Source: a bacterium (GTDB taxonomy: Bacteria > Bacteroidota > Rhodothermia > Balneolales > Balneolaceae). Taken from it: a stretch of DNA of 32,000 bases. The notes below the pieces were generated by a model, which was given only the letters and a program-made list of their open reading frames with translations, was not told the DNA's origin and did no database searches. Both the position numbers and the translations under genes were made by a program. How positions within the stretch are numbered: position 1 is the first letter of the stretch; each line of letters opens with the position of its first letter. The stretch covers positions 299,395-331,394 of the forward strand of contig JANSXX010000002.1 in NCBI GenBank assembly GCA_024742815.1, given 5' to 3'. Below, in pieces: positions 9,693-17,508 of the stretch.

Positions 9693-10676
9693 ATGGCAGA
9701 ATTACAATTTAGAGAAGCTTTAAAACATGCAATCGATGAAGAAATGGATCGCGATGAGCGCGTCTTCATCATGGGAGAAGAAGTAGCCGAATATAATGGT
9801 GCTTATAAAGTAACCGAGGGACTACTTGACAAATACGGATTTAAACGTGTAATCGATACTCCGATTTCGGAGCTTGGTTTTGCAGGATTAGGAGTTGGTG
9901 CCGCAATGCGCGGACTTCGCCCGATAGTTGAATTTATGACCTTCAACTTCGCAGTGCTTGCTGCAGATCAGATCATTAATCACGCCACAAAGGTGAAGTA
10001 CATGACCGGCGGACAGATAGATTGCCCGATTGTATTTAGAGGACCGAATGCATCAGCAGGACAGCTTGGCGCAACTCATTCGGTTTCTTACGATTCTATG
10101 TACGCACATTTTCCGGGCTTAAAAGTTATTTATCCATCGGAGCCCGGTGATGCAAAAGGATTATTAAAATCAGCCATTCGTGATGACAATCCGGTTATTT
10201 TTATGGAATCGGAGCAAATGTACGGCATGAAAGGTGAAGTTTCTGACGCTGAAGATTTTATCATTCCAATTGGAAAGGGTAAGATTAAGCGGGAAGGAAG
10301 CGATGTTACCGTTGTTGCGCACGGAAAAATGTATCATGTAGCTGTACAGGCAGCCAATCAATTGGCTAAAGATGGTATAGAATGTGAGATTATTGATCCA
10401 AGAACGGTTAAACCACTAGATTTACCTTTGATCATCGAATCCATCAAAAAAACTAACCGATGTGTGTTGGTTGATGAAGCTCATCCATTTGGAGGGTTAG
10501 CCGCCGAGATTGGATTTTTGATCCAGCGCGAAGCTTTTGATTATTTGGATGCACCTGTGCAACGCGTATGCTTACCGGATGTAAATGCACCATTTTCGAA
10601 GAAACTATTTGATGCCTGGTTCCCAAGCCCGAAACAGGTAATTGATGCCGTTAATCAAGTTACCTACAGAACTTAA
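9693..10676 (+). CDS. pdhB: Pyruvate dehydrogenase E1 component, beta subunit
   Basis: 327 aa with a transketolase-like pyrimidine-binding domain (VIDTPISELGFAGLGVGAAMRGLRPIVEFMTFNF) and C-terminal domain. Starts 12 nt after the E1-alpha stop. Confidence 0.9.
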   Translation: MAELQFREALKHAIDEEMDRDERVFIMGEEVAEYNGAYKVTEGLLDKYGFKRVIDTPISELGFAGLGVGAAMRGLRPIVEFMTFNFAVLAADQIINHATKVKYMTGGQIDCPIVFRGPNASAGQLGATHSVSYDSMYAHFPGLKVIYPSEPGDAKGLLKSAIRDDNPVIFMESEQMYGMKGEVSDAEDFIIPIGKGKIKREGSDVTVVAHGKMYHVAVQAANQLAKDGIECEIIDPRTVKPLDLPLIIESIKKTNRCVLVDEAHPFGGLAAEIGFLIQREAFDYLDAPVQRVCLPDVNAPFSKKLFDAWFPSPKQVIDAVNQVTYRT

Positions 10677-10698
10677 AATCAGCTAAATATCACTCATT

Positions 10699-11967
10699 AT
10701 GGCTATTAAAATAGAAATGCCCAAGTTAAGCGATACCATGGAAGAAGGGGTAATCGCGAAATGGAATGTACAAGAAGGCGACACGGTGTCTGCCGGCGAT
10801 ATTATCGCAGAAGTGGAAACCGACAAAGCGACTATGGATGTTGAAGTTTTTGATGACGGAACCATCCTAAAAATTATTCCGGGCGAAGGCGATGCCGTGC
10901 CGTTAGGTGGTTTGATTGCTGTTATCGGTGAAGAAGGCGAAGACATATCTGACATCCTTGACGGTGCCGGTGATGCGGGTAGCTCAGAAAGTTCTGAAGC
11001 ATCAGAGGAAACATCAAATGAAGCTGAAGATGAAAAAACAGAAGAGAAAGAAACTGCAACATCCTCAGAAAGTGATAATGGTCGAGTTAAAGCTTCTCCA
11101 CTTGCAAAGAAAATTGCGGCTGATAAAGGGATAAATCTTAGTGAAGTAGATGGTTCAGGTCCTGACGGTCGAATCGTGAAGAAAGACGTTGAGTCGTTTA
11201 GTCCATCTAAAGGCGGTGGACTTACCAAACCGTCGGCTTCATCCTCTGACGAGACTAAATCTGCTCCAAAGCAAACCTTTGAAAGTCTTGAAAGTAAAGA
11301 GGTGAAGATTTCTCAAATGAGAAAAGTAATTGCTCGCAGATTGTCGGAGAGTAAATTTACAAATCCACACTTCTACGAAACCATCGACATTGATATGAAA
11401 GCTGCTTTTGCTGCTCGAAAAGCAATGAACGATGCAAATGACGTTCGAATTAGCTTCAACGATATTGTAGTTAAAGCTTGTGCAGTAGCACTTACTCGTC
11501 ACCAAGATATTAACAGTTCTTGGATGGACGACGTGATAATGCAACATGGCGATGTAAATATAGCCGTTGCAGTGGCAATTGATGAAGGTTTAATGACTCC
11601 GGTTATCAATCATGCCGACAAAAAAGGATTAGCACAAATTTCAGCAGAAACGAGAGAACTAGCCGGGTTGGCCCGCGATCGCAAGCTTCAACCTGATCAG
11701 ATGGAAGGAAGCACGTTCACGATTAGTAATCTAGGTATGTTTGGTATTGAAGAATTTACTGCCATTATCAATCCTCCAAATGCTTGTATTCTTGCAGTAG
11801 GTGCTATACGTGACGTTCCCGTTGTAGAAAACGGTGAGATTGTACCGGGCAAGAGAATGAAGGTTACGCTATCGAGCGATCATCGCGTAGTGGATGGGGC
11901 AAAAGCTGCTCAGTTCCTCAACACGGTTCGTAATTTGATCGAAAACCCATTAGCGATGTTGTTATAG
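10699..11967 (+). CDS. pdhC: Dihydrolipoamide acetyltransferase (E2) of the pyruvate dehydrogenase complex
   Basis: Single lipoyl domain with EVETDKATMDVE. An acidic Ser/Glu-rich linker. Peripheral-subunit-binding domain ASPLAKKIAADKGINLSEVDGSGPDGRIVKKDV. Catalytic domain with SSDHRVVDGA. Confidence 0.9.
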   Translation: MAIKIEMPKLSDTMEEGVIAKWNVQEGDTVSAGDIIAEVETDKATMDVEVFDDGTILKIIPGEGDAVPLGGLIAVIGEEGEDISDILDGAGDAGSSESSEASEETSNEAEDEKTEEKETATSSESDNGRVKASPLAKKIAADKGINLSEVDGSGPDGRIVKKDVESFSPSKGGGLTKPSASSSDETKSAPKQTFESLESKEVKISQMRKVIARRLSESKFTNPHFYETIDIDMKAAFAARKAMNDANDVRISFNDIVVKACAVALTRHQDINSSWMDDVIMQHGDVNIAVAVAIDEGLMTPVINHADKKGLAQISAETRELAGLARDRKLQPDQMEGSTFTISNLGMFGIEEFTAIINPPNACILAVGAIRDVPVVENGEIVPGKRMKVTLSSDHRVVDGAKAAQFLNTVRNLIENPLAMLL

Positions 11968-11998
11968 TAAAAACACGATCTAAAGTTTATTCTATAAA

Positions 11999-12029
11999 CC
12001 CGGTATCAATTTGATGCCGGGTTTTTTTA
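11999..12029 (+). terminator. Rho-independent terminator after the pdh operon
   Basis: Stem CCCGGTATC / GATGCCGGG (one G-U pair) with loop AATTT, followed by TTTTTTT. Confidence 0.6.
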
Positions 12030-12300
12030 TTGTTCTTTAAAAAAATTCAAATTTTTCTAAGTCTGCATGTAAGCGCTTTTCTGAAGCTTAGGCTTAGAGT
12101 TCTTTTCTTTCGATTAATCTGAGCATTATTAATTGATGCTATTCTTAAAAAAAGTGCCTCCAATCTTCACAGAACGCACATATTTCGATGTTATACTGAG
12201 TTAAACACTTAATAGAGTATATGATCATTAGCGGTTAATAATAGAAATTATTAAATATGTTATTAACTCAATTATATGCTTCACTTAAATAAATACACTC

Positions 12301-14184
12301 ATGGATACCATCGAACAAATCCCATTATCAACCAATATAAAATGTGGAAAGCATACCGACTTAGAAGAGGTGTTGAGCGTAGCTCCAAGTGTCACTTTGG
12401 CGCACAACTTAGAAGAGCTTGTTGATTTATCTGTTCCTTCCGGAGGATTAACCCATAATGTATGTTATGATTTACCTGATGGAACAAGATATTTAGAAGT
12501 AGAGGTAGCGAGAGTAAAAAATGGTATAGCAGCGAATTATACCGAATCATACATGAGAAGGAGAGACCCAAATTGTATGTTAATAGCAGACGACCTTCCT
12601 ACAGATAAGCCAAAATTTGAAGATAGATTCGATTATTCGTTCGATAGTTTACGCACCGAAACACTAGATTGGCTGAAAACACAGGATCTTGCTGTATTTT
12701 ATTTTAATGCAGGAAAGAAAGGAATGGGATACGATGCGATAGCAGTGATTCCAGCTAACGCGGGCTTTTTTGGGCTTGGGTTAGGTTTATTGCAAGGTAT
12801 CATCGACCCAGATGAATTACCGGAAGACTTTTCACCAGAAGCCGTTATCTATACCGCTCCAATTTTTCGCCACACTCATTTTGACGGAAAACAAATAGTG
12901 GTTCATAACCGAGTTCCCGGCAGATACGAAATGTTTAGCTACAACCTGTATCCTGGGCCTAGTGCAAAAAAGGGTGTTTATGGCATGCTTATTGGACAAG
13001 GTGAAAAAGAAGGTTGGGTTACAGCTCACTGTTCTGCAGTTCGAGCAGTTTCTCCATACGATAGCATTACAAATATCATGCACGAAGGTGCGAGTGGGGG
13101 AGGTAAAAGCGAAATGCTTCAACAACCTCACCGTCAAAGCGATGGCTCATTATTACTGGGCAAAAATATCGTAACTGGTGAGAAACGAACCTTAGAATTA
13201 CGTAGAACCTGCGATTTAGAACCTGTCACTGATGATATGGCGCTTTGCCACCCAAGTTTGCAAAAAAATGATGGTAAACTGTGGTTGGAAGACGCTGAGG
13301 AATCTTGGTTCGTTCGCGTTGATCATATCGATGAATATGGTACGGATATGATGTTAGAGAAGATCTCTGCAAAACCAGATCAACCATTATTATTTTTGAA
13401 TGTTGAAGCCGTTCCCGGCTCAAGAGCAATGATTTGGGAGCACAAAATGGATGCACCGGGTTTACCATGCCCAAATCCACGAGTTATAATTCCTCGAAAA
13501 TCAATGCCGGGCATATATTCTAATCCCATTGATGTTGATATCCGTAGTATTGGGTTAAGAACACCGCCAAGTACCGCCGAAAAGCCTAATTATGGTATCG
13601 TAGGATTGATGCATGTACTAAATCCATCTTTGGCTTGGTTATGGCGATTGGTTGCACCTCGTGGTCATGCAAATCCGAGCATTATTACCTCCGCTGGACT
13701 AAGTAGTGAAGGCGTAGGTAGTTACTGGCCATTTGCTACCGGTAAAAGAATTAATCAAGCAAATCTGTTACTCGAGCAAATCATTGATACTCCAAAAGTG
13801 AAGTACATACTTACTCCAAATCAATACATTGGAGCATGGAAAACAAGCTTTATGCCGCAGTGGATAAGTAGAGAATATCTTGCTCGAAAAGGTTCAGCTA
13901 ATTTCCCAGCAGAACAACTAAGTCCTTCAAGATGTAGTTTATTGGGGTATTCACTTAATTACATGAAAGTAGAAGGTATACAAATACCTAAGTGGATGCT
14001 TAAAGTGGAGTATCAGGAAGAATTAGGCAAAGAGGCTTATGATGTTGGAGCAAATATGTTACACGAGTTCTTCATTAAAACCCTAAGTAAATTTCAGGGC
14101 GATGGACTACATCCACTTGGCAAGCAAATCATAGAATGCTGTTTAGATAACGGTTCAACAGCTGATTACGAAGCTTTGCTATAA
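12301..14184 (+). CDS. DUF4914-like protein with an HprK/PEPCK-type P-loop
   Basis: 627 aa, soluble. It contains HEGASGGGKSEM, a G-x-S-G-x-GKSE Walker-A as in HPr kinase/PEP-carboxykinase-fold enzymes. The size (~630 aa) and FCB-group context match my recollection of the DUF4914 family. Not verified by search. Confidence 0.55.
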   Translation: MDTIEQIPLSTNIKCGKHTDLEEVLSVAPSVTLAHNLEELVDLSVPSGGLTHNVCYDLPDGTRYLEVEVARVKNGIAANYTESYMRRRDPNCMLIADDLPTDKPKFEDRFDYSFDSLRTETLDWLKTQDLAVFYFNAGKKGMGYDAIAVIPANAGFFGLGLGLLQGIIDPDELPEDFSPEAVIYTAPIFRHTHFDGKQIVVHNRVPGRYEMFSYNLYPGPSAKKGVYGMLIGQGEKEGWVTAHCSAVRAVSPYDSITNIMHEGASGGGKSEMLQQPHRQSDGSLLLGKNIVTGEKRTLELRRTCDLEPVTDDMALCHPSLQKNDGKLWLEDAEESWFVRVDHIDEYGTDMMLEKISAKPDQPLLFLNVEAVPGSRAMIWEHKMDAPGLPCPNPRVIIPRKSMPGIYSNPIDVDIRSIGLRTPPSTAEKPNYGIVGLMHVLNPSLAWLWRLVAPRGHANPSIITSAGLSSEGVGSYWPFATGKRINQANLLLEQIIDTPKVKYILTPNQYIGAWKTSFMPQWISREYLARKGSANFPAEQLSPSRCSLLGYSLNYMKVEGIQIPKWMLKVEYQEELGKEAYDVGANMLHEFFIKTLSKFQGDGLHPLGKQIIECCLDNGSTADYEALL

Positions 14185-14205
14185 GAAAGCATTATATGAA
14201 GTGTT

Positions 14206-14238
14206 CAAAAAGCGGGCAGTAATGCTCGCTTTTTTTGG
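14206..14238. terminator. Bidirectional intrinsic terminator between convergent genes
   Basis: CAAAAA-AGCGGGCA-GTAA-TGCTCGCT-TTTTTTT. The 8-bp stem has one G-U pair, with an A-run on one side and a T-run on the other. It sits between the stops at 14184 (+) and 14253 (-). Confidence 0.65.
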
Positions 14239-14252
14239 TTAAGAAACGAATA

Positions 14253-16136
14253 TTAAGGAATATACTCTAAGTAAAAAATAATAGGTTCTATTGAAAAGCC
14301 TGAATTCAACAATCGATTGAAAATAGTTTGGGTTTCATTTCTATTAACCGATTGTCCCGTCATTACAGAATATCGACCACTAACGAGTTCTTCTACGCGG
14401 GTATTTATTCCTGTTCTTGATCGTACTTGTTGTGCTAGTTCATTGGCCTCTTGTCGATTACTCAGTTCGTCAACTTGAATTTGGTAGGCATATTTGTACG
14501 TAGCAGCTGTTTCCGGTTGGTGACGAATAAATAGATTTGAAGAAATTCCCATCTCCCTGAAAGTGCGTAATTGTTCTAGAACTACCTCTCGAGACTCGTA
14601 TGGTCCGGTAAGTACATTAAAAGTATCGGAAACTCGATTCATGTAAGCTTGTACACCGTATCGATCTAACAATTCGATGGTGAAATCTAAGCCATTAGCA
14701 CGGGTTTGAAATGCACCAAATTGAATGAGGTATTTTACAGGTTTCGGCCGCTGAATGGTATTGTTGTAACACTGATGAACAACACTTACACTTTTATCAT
14801 TAATTCTTGATGATAATTCATTTCGTAAGCTAACAACCTCTGTAAACGAGGAAGTAGGAGGTGTTCTAACCGAATATTCGTTGGTGTTATAGGTAAGTAT
14901 CACATCCGCTAAGTTTGATGATTCTATCGCATCAGCTCGTTGAAATGCTGTTTGTAAAGCAGAAAACTCACCAAGTTGCACCGAATACTGGCATCGAGCA
15001 TCCACTCGCAATAACGATGGCATGGCATTACTTGATGATGGAATTTCTGTAGCAGATGGTTCCGGCTCTGATTGCTCTACTGGTTCTAGTTCTTCTTCAG
15101 CTTGAGAAACAGACTCTTGTGTAACACTATCAGGATCGTTTTGAGGCTCAGCAGTTTCGGTAGCTTGTTGTCGATCTGAATCGGAATTAACATCGTCAGT
15201 TGCTGGTGTTTCTTCTTGCTGTTCAGCTGCTAACTGATTTCGGATTCGGTTTTCTTCCATCACCGTTAGTAAAGCCGGTTCTTCAGCTAAAACTACAACG
15301 TTTTCATTCGGATCGGGAGGAGGGAGCTCAGAAATACCAGGAATATCATTACTTAAACTTTCAGGAGTTCCTGATTCAGTTTCGCCAATAAACGATTCGT
15401 CATCAGTTTCCGGTTGTGTAAGAATTTCTTCTTTCAAATTATCAGATGAGTAATAAAGCCTTAATACCACTCGGCGATTTTTTTCTTTACTAGCCGCAAA
15501 AGGAAAACCTAAAGAATCATATTCAATTACCGGACGAGAATCTGCATAACCAGATGCTTTAAGTCGATTTGCGGGGATTCCAGCATCATTAAAATACTTA
15601 ACTACGTTTGCTGCTCTTGCTGTAGAAAGTTCCCAATTTGAGGGATAAGCTACGGATGAGATTGGAGTATTGTCGGTATGACCCTCAACATCTATTAAAA
15701 AATCGTTGTACTTAACCTGTTGCATAGCTATTAAAACGGTATTTAATAGCTGTTCGGAATTCGGATCTAACTGAGCTCGGCCCGGATCATAAAGGTCATC
15801 ACTTTTAAAACGAATTCTTAGATCATTTAAATCACGAATGATCTCCAGATTACCGGCTTCAATCTCCGGTTGAAGCAATTCGAATAATTCTCGTTCTATG
15901 GCTCCGATGGGAGTGGTTAAAAACTCAGTTTCATCTGCTAGTTTGCCAAAAATGGATGAAAGTGAAGAAAATTCGGACTTTGTAATTTGTGAAACAGAAA
16001 GCAGAATTATTAAAAACCCTAATACGATTGTAATGATATCAAGATAACTTACTTGCCAGCTCTCATCATCTTCTGATTCTTCATCCGGTAGTGGAAAAAG
16101 TGAATATTTAATTCTTATTGGTTTCTTTTTCTTCAC
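14253..16136 (-). CDS. MotB-like stator subunit: N-terminal TM with a conserved Asp, an OmpA-like peptidoglycan-binding domain, an acidic disordered linker and three C-terminal SPOR-like domains
   Basis: GTG start 9 nt after the MotA stop. SWQVSYLDIITIVLGFLIILL places an Asp (residue 33) at the mouth of the single TM, as in MotB D32. OmpA motif: VEGHTDNTPISS..YPSNWELSTARAANVVKYF...RLKASGYADSRPV...NRRVVL. Residues ~238-372 are E/D/S/P/Q-rich. Three beta-alpha-beta-beta-alpha-beta-like units start at YSVQLGEF, YLIQFGAFQTRANG and YAYQIQVDEL. Confidence 0.8.
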   Translation of the reverse strand: MKKKKPIRIKYSLFPLPDEESEDDESWQVSYLDIITIVLGFLIILLSVSQITKSEFSSLSSIFGKLADETEFLTTPIGAIERELFELLQPEIEAGNLEIIRDLNDLRIRFKSDDLYDPGRAQLDPNSEQLLNTVLIAMQQVKYNDFLIDVEGHTDNTPISSVAYPSNWELSTARAANVVKYFNDAGIPANRLKASGYADSRPVIEYDSLGFPFAASKEKNRRVVLRLYYSSDNLKEEILTQPETDDESFIGETESGTPESLSNDIPGISELPPPDPNENVVVLAEEPALLTVMEENRIRNQLAAEQQEETPATDDVNSDSDRQQATETAEPQNDPDSVTQESVSQAEEELEPVEQSEPEPSATEIPSSSNAMPSLLRVDARCQYSVQLGEFSALQTAFQRADAIESSNLADVILTYNTNEYSVRTPPTSSFTEVVSLRNELSSRINDKSVSVVHQCYNNTIQRPKPVKYLIQFGAFQTRANGLDFTIELLDRYGVQAYMNRVSDTFNVLTGPYESREVVLEQLRTFREMGISSNLFIRHQPETAATYKYAYQIQVDELSNRQEANELAQQVRSRTGINTRVEELVSGRYSVMTGQSVNRNETQTIFNRLLNSGFSIEPIIFYLEYIP

Positions 16137-16145
16137 AACAGCCGC

Positions 16146-16943
16146 TTAAATCATGTTTTTATTTCGGCGCATATGTGCTTGAAGCTTATCGTAAATTTGT
16201 AGCGAAGTTTTTTGCTCTTCGATTAGAATAATTCCCTCCAGGATCAATTTCTCTCTAAAATACCGTAGTGAAGCCACATTATTCATCTTTTTAGCCATTG
16301 GCGTGAAAATAAAATTACCAATCAGAATACCATATAATGTGGTCATTAAAGCAGCACCTAACCCACTCAATAACGACTCTACTTCACTAAATCCTGATAG
16401 GATTACGATCAGGCCAAAAAGGGTTCCTAACATCCCGAAAACAGGAGATGTCTTGCCCATACTAGCAATAATTTGATTCACCATTTGCTGGCGAGAGTAG
16501 TTTTCTTCAATATTGATCTCCCCAAGCTCACGAAGATCTTCGGTGTCATAATTGGTATCCAAAATCGAAAATAAATACCCCTCGAAACGATCAGCATATT
16601 CTTCGCTGAGCTGAGTAACTGCCGCGAATTTATTTTGCTTAATCATCTTTTGCCAGTCCATTACCCGCTGTATGTCTTCTTCTAACACCTCGTGGGTGAT
16701 GGTGCTATAAGAAAACAGTTTAGTGCTTTCAACGAGCGCCTTAATTACACTATTGAAAGGATAGCTAATAAATACACTGGCAGTTATTCCTCCGAAAACG
16801 ATGGCTAAACTTGGCAGATTTAAAAAAGCGAATCGAGAGGGAATTAAATCGTATTGCGTATACCCGGTTACCAGAAGTGCACCCCAAACCAAAATCAACA
16901 AAGAAATTAGAAAACATAGAATATTGAGTATGGATGTACGCAT
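16146..16943 (-). CDS. MotA/PomA-like stator proton-channel subunit
   Basis: 265 aa with a 4-TM MotA topology: TM1-TM2 at the N-terminus, a ~100-aa charged cytoplasmic loop, TM3-TM4, then a cytoplasmic tail. TM3 TSPVFGMLGTLFGLI and TM4 ALMTTLYGILIGNFIFTPMAKKM carry the conserved Pro residues of the MotA_ExbB channel core. Confidence 0.8.
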   Translation of the reverse strand: MRTSILNILCFLISLLILVWGALLVTGYTQYDLIPSRFAFLNLPSLAIVFGGITASVFISYPFNSVIKALVESTKLFSYSTITHEVLEEDIQRVMDWQKMIKQNKFAAVTQLSEEYADRFEGYLFSILDTNYDTEDLRELGEINIEENYSRQQMVNQIIASMGKTSPVFGMLGTLFGLIVILSGFSEVESLLSGLGAALMTTLYGILIGNFIFTPMAKKMNNVASLRYFREKLILEGIILIEEQKTSLQIYDKLQAHMRRNKNMI

Positions 16944-16950
16944 AGAGTTA

Positions 16951-17508
16951 TTAAAAGCTCTTTGTTAAATTTTCATCGATTAATCCATTATTCTGAAGTT
17001 GCTGAATAATGTAGGTGGAAGAAGGTATGGGAACAGAAGGGTCCATTTCAAGAGCTCTTCGCCAGTGACTCACAAATTCATTGATATATCCCAATCCAAG
17101 ATAAATACTACCACGTAAGGCTAACACATCAGCATTTTCTTTGATCAGTGCAGCGCGGTTGATCAGGAAGAGCGCATTTTCAAAATCGCCGGTATAAAAG
17201 TGCTGTTGAGCAAGTATATAGTAGTTTGTAAGGGTATTCGCTTGTGCTTGATATCTTGAATAGATCTCATCTTTATATAATTCGATGAGAGCTTCACGAA
17301 GTTCTTCCTCTTTAGCTTGCGCTTGCTCCAAACTATCTTGTATTGCCAGTTGAAGGGAATCTTCCGGCGAGATGGTGTCTTGTTCAGCAATCGGATCAGT
17401 GAACTGATTACTAGATGCGCAATGAATAAAGAGTACCGAAAGAATTAAAAAAATTACAAAAGCAGGTCTATGTTTCATTTTCACCTGTACTTTATTTGTC
17501 ATTCGCAT
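16951..17508 (-). CDS. Secreted/lipoprotein TPR-repeat protein
   Basis: Signal peptide with Cys (MKHRPAFVIFLILSVLFIHCASS). The start at ATG 17478 is preceded by AGGTGA and may be the real one. The C-terminal TPR-like helices are paralogous to the C-terminus of the 994-aa outer-membrane protein. Confidence 0.65.
   Translation of the reverse strand: MRMTNKVQVKMKHRPAFVIFLILSVLFIHCASSNQFTDPIAEQDTISPEDSLQLAIQDSLEQAQAKEEELREALIELYKDEIYSRYQAQANTLTNYYILAQQHFYTGDFENALFLINRAALIKENADVLALRGSIYLGLGYINEFVSHWRRALEMDPSVPIPSSTYIIQQLQNNGLIDENLTKSF

Noticed and set aside
10683-11228. 181-aa minus-strand ORF (Ser/Pro-rich) overlapping the start of the E2 gene
   Set aside because: It lies entirely antisense to the well-supported E2 lipoyl domain and acidic linker. 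Its low-complexity S/P composition is the mirror image of the E/D/S-rich linker codons. This is a typical shadow ORF.
14253-16943. MotA/MotB-like pair read as a Zorya (ZorAB) anti-phage system, or as ExbBD/TolQR
   Set aside because: ZorA proteins are much longer, with a long C-terminal tail, and come with ZorC/D-type genes. None of these are present. ExbB/TolQ have 3 TM helices and partner with small ExbD/TolR proteins lacking OmpA domains. Here the A subunit has a 4-TM MotA layout, the B subunit has Asp plus OmpA, and a FliG-like protein is encoded two genes upstream.
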